Position numbers and translations under genes: made by a program. The notes under the pieces are model-generated. The model saw only the letters and a program-made list of their open reading frames with translations, did no database searches and was not told the origin of the DNA. Shown in pieces: positions 27,184 through 32,000 of a stretch of DNA of 32,000 nucleotides; the stretch's first letter is position 1; each line of letters begins with the position of its first letter. The DNA comes from Verrucomicrobia bacterium UBA3869 (lineage in GTDB: Bacteria; Verrucomicrobiota; Verrucomicrobiia; Opitutales; UBA9783), in contig DGGR01000006.1 of NCBI GenBank assembly GCA_002392285.1, forward strand, positions 1-32,000, written 5' to 3'.

Positions 27184-29229
27184 ATGAATGCTGAGAATCT
27201 TTTAGAAATCAAGCGCATTTCTTGCCTATCAGCAAAGGACGCTTTTCAAACACTCATGGCTTCTGTACATCGGGGAATGAGGATTGTGATCCCTGATGAA
27301 TCTTTTCGCATGCAGTTTATATCGGCTTACTCATCGGATGAATGGGGGGCAACGGTATCGGTTGATACTCCAGGGTCGCTAGGCAAGGCTTTGTATGGTA
27401 TTGATTATGAGGCATGGGCTGCCTGGGACGAGCGTTATCATGGAGGGAAGGACCCTGCAGATTTATTTAAAGACAACGCTCCTTGGAAGGAAGCATTCGA
27501 GCAGTATGTGAATCAGTATAAGCATGAGGGTGGAGCTCAAACAGCAGCGGTTCAATCCACAGGATGTGTTTTGTTCGGTTATTTTTCAGAAAAAAATCTC
27601 AAGACATTATTTCAATGGTTTCCCGGTGTTTTTAGGGTTTATATTGAACGGAAATTGGGGATTGATGGGGCTGCAGTTCCCTTATCTGCTGAACCGATTG
27701 CAAGCGATGGGCTTGGTTATGCTTGGATGCTGCACAACGCGCAATCCAATCAGCAGATGATTATCGGTTCTCAAAACCCTGAGGTGGTTGACCTAACGCC
27801 TTTAGGCCAAACTCCCTTGCCGCTTTTGATGAGCGCCTGGCTGGATTGGCAGGAATATGGGAGCGTGAACCACTTTAGGATTTATCTACGGGAGTGGGAA
27901 AAACAATCGAGAGAGGCAAATTGCGGTAAATGGAAGGAAGATTTGAAGCAAGCATCGGGCTTATATCATCAATTTTCGAACGCAAAAGCATGGCTTTTAA
28001 GACACAACAAGGATTGGATTAAGCAGTTTGAATGGATTGAAAGTCCGTTTGATGGCTTAGTAGAAACGTTTGTTGCTCAATACCGAACCGCTTTGCGCAA
28101 CCATTTGTTGTTAGCCCTTGAGCCTTTTTGGGATACTTGTATGTTACCCATCAACCGGCAGCAATTTTTTGCGTATGTACGCCGACGTATGCAATTGAAA
28201 ATGGGTGTTAAAGGGATAACGCTTGAAAACGCTTTGTACTTACCGATGAGCGCCTGCAAGGTGTTGTTGAAGGTAAATGAAAACACCCCCCTGACTCCTA
28301 AGACTTTACGGGCATTACAAGCGTTGCAAGCGGATGGGTGTCAGGTGCAGCTAGGAGTTATTCAGGATGTAAACCGTGAGGATACGAACAGCCAATGTTC
28401 CGATGAGTTGGATTGGCATGATGAGTTTCAGGTGACATGCACAGGCGATTCGCTTTATAATCCTCAAAATTTGCTCGTTCCTACCTCCTTTATTAATTTT
28501 TCGTGTACCGACTGGGAAAATGTGCGCAAACGCCCCCTAAACACTTGGTTTTCTGCAGTCTTAAAGACGCATGCAGAGCCTTTATCTGAACGCTTTTCAG
28601 GAGAAAAGTTATTGGGAGAATGGACGCATGCGATTCTGCGTTTTGAACAGCGGATTCAGAATTTGGAGGAATGGAAAGCCCATCGGGAAGAACGCATGCA
28701 TCAATTGCTGCAGGATTCGGGTAACACCTTGGTTTTGCAGCATTTAGGCCAACGTGCGTTGTATATCAGCAACTTAATGGCTGCAGCGTGTGAGGAGTTG
28801 TTGAGTAAGCATTGGGAGTTGAAATGCGAATGGACACTGCCGGATTCGAGCCCTTATCGCGGCCGTATTGACCTATTGGCCATTAATGCAAAGGAGCGGC
28901 GTATTGTGATTGTGGATTACAAAACCAGCAATCAGGCCAAGTTTCAGCCTAAAAAGGACGGTTCTTGTTGGCAATTGATTCTGTATGGGAAGGCGCTGCA
29001 AAAGGAATATCCGACCTATAAGATTCAAGTGTGGATGGTTAAGCCTACGGGCGAAAAGCAAGAAATTCCATTGGACGCTAGCGATAAAGTCGAGCAATGG
29101 ATAGAAGCGTTTAAGAAAACCGGCTGGTATGATGACTTGCCTGAGATTGATGACAGGCAATTGGATGAGTTGCCGCTTATGTATAGCCCAGCCAAGCTTA
29201 GGGATTTGAGCGACAACAGCAGCAGTTAG
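27184..29229 (+). CDS. Large PD-(D/E)xK (RecB/AddB-type) nuclease-domain protein without a recognisable Walker A motif
   Basis: The start is set at the ATG at 27184, since the track start at 27133 is a TTG overlapping the pilin gene. The C-terminal nuclease core reads YRGRIDLLAI...RRIVIVDYKTS...CWQLILYG (D...D.K plus Q...Y). In the roughly 560 N-terminal residues I found no GxxxxGK[ST] motif and no Cys cluster. Confidence 0.6.
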   Translation: MNAENLLEIKRISCLSAKDAFQTLMASVHRGMRIVIPDESFRMQFISAYSSDEWGATVSVDTPGSLGKALYGIDYEAWAAWDERYHGGKDPADLFKDNAPWKEAFEQYVNQYKHEGGAQTAAVQSTGCVLFGYFSEKNLKTLFQWFPGVFRVYIERKLGIDGAAVPLSAEPIASDGLGYAWMLHNAQSNQQMIIGSQNPEVVDLTPLGQTPLPLLMSAWLDWQEYGSVNHFRIYLREWEKQSREANCGKWKEDLKQASGLYHQFSNAKAWLLRHNKDWIKQFEWIESPFDGLVETFVAQYRTALRNHLLLALEPFWDTCMLPINRQQFFAYVRRRMQLKMGVKGITLENALYLPMSACKVLLKVNENTPLTPKTLRALQALQADGCQVQLGVIQDVNREDTNSQCSDELDWHDEFQVTCTGDSLYNPQNLLVPTSFINFSCTDWENVRKRPLNTWFSAVLKTHAEPLSERFSGEKLLGEWTHAILRFEQRIQNLEEWKAHREERMHQLLQDSGNTLVLQHLGQRALYISNLMAAACEELLSKHWELKCEWTLPDSSPYRGRIDLLAINAKERRIVIVDYKTSNQAKFQPKKDGSCWQLILYGKALQKEYPTYKIQVWMVKPTGEKQEIPLDASDKVEQWIEAFKKTGWYDDLPEIDDRQLDELPLMYSPAKLRDLSDNSSS

Positions 29230-29665
29230 GGGGTTCCGTTGGCTCATTGCGCAAAGCTTTTAAAAAGGTATGCCACGCTAAGGTAGCACATTTGACACGC
29301 ATAGGGAATTTGCGAACCCCCATTAAGGCTTTTAATTCATCCAAATGGTTTGGAAGTGCCGCATTGGGGTCGTTTAACACCTGTAGGACTTGATTAGCAT
29401 CCGCTTCAGCTTGAGCAATTGTTTTTCCCTGCAAGTGCAAGGTCATAATCGATGCTGAGGCTTTGCAAATGGCGCACCCTTGGCCGGTAAAACTGACTGT
29501 TTCTAAGGTTCCTTCTTTGTTGAGCAGTAAATAGACGGAAATTTCGTCACCGCAGGTAGGATTAACCCCATACGCTTTGTTAGTGGGATGCTCGATCGCA
29601 TAAAAGTTATTCGGATTCTCGTTGTGAGCCAACAGTACCTCTTGGTAGATTTCAAGCGTGTTCAT
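29198..29665 (-). CDS. sufU: SufU/IscU-type Fe-S cluster assembly scaffold/sulfur acceptor
   Basis: The three conserved Cys motifs are NPTCGDE, GQGCAICKASAS and RVKCATLAW. The start forms an ATGA overlap with the sufS stop. The last 18 codons (...NCCCCRSNP) extend beyond the usual end and overlap the convergent nuclease gene. Confidence 0.85.
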   Translation of the reverse strand: MNTLEIYQEVLLAHNENPNNFYAIEHPTNKAYGVNPTCGDEISVYLLLNKEGTLETVSFTGQGCAICKASASIMTLHLQGKTIAQAEADANQVLQVLNDPNAALPNHLDELKALMGVRKFPMRVKCATLAWHTFLKALRNEPTEPPNCCCCRSNP

Positions 29666-30897
29666 TTCCTAAAAAACTTTAAGGTTCGTTCAATGGATTG
29701 TGCCAAATGGTCTACATCTTCGCAGGTATTATAAATTCCAAAAGAAGCCCGCAAAACCCCTCCGTTTAAGCATTGTAAGCGGCGAATCAAGGGTTGACTG
29801 CAATGGTAACCGCCGCGTATCGCAACATTATCGTCGCTCATCAATTGCGCTGCGTCGTGCGGATGTACGCCATCCAAAATAAAGGGTACGACCGCTGTTC
29901 GGTGTTTAGGATGACCTAAAACCTGTACTTGCGGGATGGATTTGAGGGTTTTTTCGGTATAGCGAATGACGGAATCTTCGTAAGCCGTGATTGCGTCCCA
30001 TGAAAACTGTTGTAGGTAATCGATGGCTGCTCCCATCCCGATGATATCGGCAATAGGCGGTGTGCCTGCTTCGAAGCGAAAAGGAACATCCGCTGGGGTA
30101 AACCCTTCCGCTGTTACCTCTTGCATCATGGTTCCTCCGCCCTGATAGGGGGGTAGGGTTTCAAGCAAGGCTTGTTTCCCGTAAAAAAATCCAGAACCGG
30201 TTGGTCCATACATTTTGTGCCCCGATGCGACCAAAAAATCGCAATCCAAGCTGCGAACTGAAATCGGTAGGTGCGCGACGGTTTGAGCTGCATCGACAAT
30301 CACCAGCGTTCCGTTAGCATGAGCGCGTGCAATGATTGCTTTCATATCCGGTGTGGTGCCTAAGACATTGGATACATGGGTTAGGGTTAACAGTTTTGTT
30401 TTTGGAGTTAACAACCGATCGAGCGTTGCGAGTTCCAACTCACCTTCCGCATTGATAGGGAACAGCTTTACCTTAATTCCCCGCTTATATTGCTGTATCT
30501 GCCAAGGGATTAAGTTGGAATGATGCTCCAGCTCGGATACAATTACCTCATCGCCAGGCTTAAAATAGCGCTGGCCAATAATTTCTGCGAGGCAATTGAG
30601 CGCTTCGGTAGCGCCGCGGGTAAATACAATTTCGTTTGGCGAAGCGGCATCGATAAAATGAGCTACGCGTGATCTTACCCCCTCATAGGCTTCGGTTGAA
30701 CGTTCGCCCCATGTATAGAAGCTGCGATGTACGTTAGCGTTATAATGAAGATAAAAATCACTGATGGCATCAATAACCGACCGGGGCTTTTGGGTGGTTG
30801 CAGAATTATCCAGATAAGCAATCGGCTGGTTTTTCGAATTGCAATACCCTAGCGCAGGAAAATCCTTGCGGATTTTATGGATATCCAATGGCTGCAT
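29662..30897 (-). CDS. sufS: Cysteine desulfurase, SufS/Csd class (PLP-dependent)
   Basis: The motifs are LDNSATTQKP, ELEHHSN, the PLP-lysine motif SGHKMYGPTGSG and the catalytic Cys loop RGGYHCSQP. Confidence 0.9.
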   Translation of the reverse strand: MQPLDIHKIRKDFPALGYCNSKNQPIAYLDNSATTQKPRSVIDAISDFYLHYNANVHRSFYTWGERSTEAYEGVRSRVAHFIDAASPNEIVFTRGATEALNCLAEIIGQRYFKPGDEVIVSELEHHSNLIPWQIQQYKRGIKVKLFPINAEGELELATLDRLLTPKTKLLTLTHVSNVLGTTPDMKAIIARAHANGTLVIVDAAQTVAHLPISVRSLDCDFLVASGHKMYGPTGSGFFYGKQALLETLPPYQGGGTMMQEVTAEGFTPADVPFRFEAGTPPIADIIGMGAAIDYLQQFSWDAITAYEDSVIRYTEKTLKSIPQVQVLGHPKHRTAVVPFILDGVHPHDAAQLMSDDNVAIRGGYHCSQPLIRRLQCLNGGVLRASFGIYNTCEDVDHLAQSIERTLKFFRK

Positions 30898-30920
30898 GAT
30901 TAAATAAAATCTATTTGGTT

Positions 30921-30994
30921 TGGCTGCCCTGCAAGGATTCGAACCTTGACTAAATGAACCAAAATCACTTGTGCTACCATTACACCACTGGGCA
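30921..30994 (-). tRNA. tRNA-Gln (anticodon TTG), CCA encoded
   Basis: The reverse complement is TGCCCAG TG GTGT AATGGTA GCAC A AGTGA TTTTGGT TCATT TAGT CAAGG TTCGAAT CCTTG CAGGGCA G CCA. U1-A72 and discriminator G fit Gln identity. There is one A-A mismatch at 6:67. The tRNA ends 23 nt upstream of the sufS ATG. Confidence 0.85.
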
Positions 30995-31051
30995 TTAGAA
31001 CCTTACCCACTAAGATGGTTTTTCTCCTTTATCCCGTCAAGTAAATTTGTA

Positions 31052-31079
31052 TTGACCTGGGGAGAAGTGATTTTAGATA
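31052..31079 (+). promoter_or_regulatory. Putative promoter for the SemiSWEET-TPK pair
   Basis: TTGACC (31052-31057) is followed by a 16-nt spacer and TAGATA (31074-31079). A second -10-like TAGAAT lies at 31102-31107. This is by-eye matching only. Confidence 0.3.
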
Positions 31080-31125
31080 AAAACAATAAGCAAATAGCTT
31101 ATAGAATAGTTAATAATTTCCCCTT

Positions 31126-31380
31126 ATGATCGATACGATTGCTTGCAGTGTTGCATTTGTTACCACTATGATTGGTGTGGTGCCGCAAATTATTAAAGGA
31201 TACCGTACGAAATCCATGAAAGATGTATCGTTAGTGATGCTCTTAAATTGTTTACTTTGCTGTATTGCTTGGCTTATCCATGCAATGTATGTTGCAGATT
31301 ATACTCTCATGTGGAGCGAAGTGTTTTGTACCATCACCACGATTATCGCACTCATTCAAAAGCATCAATATGCTGCTTGA
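31126..31380 (+). CDS. SemiSWEET / PQ-loop family mini-transporter (84 aa, 3 TM)
   Basis: Three hydrophobic helices are present. The PQ motif sits at the end of TM1 in the canonical context (FVTTMIGVVPQIIKGYRTKSMKDVS). A conserved Trp lies in TM2 (IAWLIHAMY). The length is typical of bacterial SemiSWEETs. Confidence 0.75.
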   Translation: MIDTIACSVAFVTTMIGVVPQIIKGYRTKSMKDVSLVMLLNCLLCCIAWLIHAMYVADYTLMWSEVFCTITTIIALIQKHQYAA

Positions 31381-32000
31381 TTTAGAGCGCTATAAAAGTG
31401 TTTTGTGCTTACATGGCGATTTGCCATTGACGTGGCTAAAAAGCAGTACGCTGCCCATTATTGCAACCGATGGGGCGGCTAATGACTTAATTGCTGCTGG
31501 TATTTATCCTGCTATGATTATTGGGGATTGCGATAGTATTCATCCTGATTTACTCAAAACCTATCCTCATCGGCGAATTCAGGATCAAAATTCAACCGAT
31601 TTCGAGAAAGCCCTTCAGTATTTAGCCGAAACCAACCAACTTCCAACGATTATTACGGGAATCAACGGTGGATTTTTAGACCAAATCATTGCGAATATCG
31701 GCATTTTTGCTCGCACGGATGCGTTGTATTATTCGGACACCTTGTTGGGATGGGCCATGAATGAAGGAAGTCATAGCTTTACCTTCCCCCAAGATACCAA
31801 AATTTCTCTTTTTGGATGCCCACAAGCACTCATTACCAGTGAAGGCCTTCGGTGGGAATTGAAGCAGTCCCATTTAATCTTTGGCACATTCTGCTCCTCA
31901 TCCAATCGCGTACAAACTGCCCCATTACGCATAACCGTCCACAAAGGTAAGGTATTGGCCTTTGCCTACTGCAATCCGGTTATCGATGCCGGCAGTATCC
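31370..32000 (+). CDS. thiN: Thiamine pyrophosphokinase (TPK/ThiN), 3'-truncated by the window end
   Basis: This is my own translation from the ATG at 31370, open to position 32000. It reads MLLDLERYKSVLCLHGDLP...IIATDGAANDL...MIIGDCDSI...QDQNSTDFEKAL...GINGGFLDQ. The GD.DS and TDFE.A motifs are typical of TPK. The gene is absent from the ORF track because no stop falls in the window. It overlaps the SemiSWEET gene by 11 nt. Confidence 0.8.
   Translation, partial: MLLDLERYKSVLCLHGDLPLTWLKSSTLPIIATDGAANDLIAAGIYPAMIIGDCDSIHPDLLKTYPHRRIQDQNSTDFEKALQYLAETNQLPTIITGINGGFLDQIIANIGIFARTDALYYSDTLLGWAMNEGSHSFTFPQDTKISLFGCPQALITSEGLRWELKQSHLIFGTFCSSSNRVQTAPLRITVHKGKVLAFAYCNPVIDAGSI

Noticed and set aside
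24036-29229. ATPase plus nuclease as a two-gene defence system
   Set aside because: The two genes are on opposite strands and are separated by the fmdB-like, mutY and pilin genes. The ATPase is clearly of the secretion (GspE) family. No defence-island features are present (integrase, tRNA flank, or any shift in base composition that I could see by eye).
30995-31125. Possible TPP (THI-box) riboswitch upstream of the SemiSWEET-TPK pair
   Set aside because: I could not find the conserved CUGAGA or ACCUGAUCUGGAUAAUGCCAGCG-like cores. The only structure seen is a short GGGGA/TCCCC long-range complementarity. A covariance-model scan would be decisive.

Overview
This 32-kb window is compact and almost fully coding. 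I count 29 protein genes: one is frameshifted, one is a 51-aa ORF missing from the ORF track, and one is truncated by the window end. There are also 2 tRNAs. I found no rRNA, CRISPR array, IS element or prophage signature by eye. Most content is housekeeping: a YmdB-like phosphoesterase, xth, pgi, a phosphohexomutase, nusA-infB-rbfA, rpsR, sua5/tsaC, lptD-like, pepP-like, a DAACS transporter, xerD, rpsT, ychF, mutY and sufS-sufU. Several markers bear on lifestyle and lineage: a TLC-type ATP/ADP translocase, a PVC-style prepilin-like protein, a eukaryote-type UDP-sugar pyrophosphorylase, a cyanobacterial-type Pgi, many start/stop overlaps and long homopolymer runs. From these I infer a host-dependent, genome-reduced member of the PVC superphylum (Chlamydiae- or Verrucomicrobia/Lentisphaerae-like). 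The exact taxon cannot be determined by eye. The most interesting observations are: (1) an 84-aa SemiSWEET/PQ-loop mini-transporter overlapping a thiamine pyrophosphokinase gene, a candidate undescribed thiamine uptake-and-trap module; (2) an in-frame RbfA::UDP-sugar-pyrophosphorylase fusion, followed by phosphoglucomutase and pgi, so a fructose-6-P to UDP-glucose route is hard-wired behind nusA-infB; (3) an A9-tract frameshift splitting sua5/tsaC that one extra A would repair; (4) an orphan GspE/ComGA-like ATPase whose 5' end is overlapped by an FmdB zinc-ribbon gene, with a lone pseudopilin nearby; (5) a large helicase-motif-less PD-(D/E)xK nuclease protein wedged between the pilin gene and sufU. 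All functional calls come from by-eye motif recognition. No database search was run.
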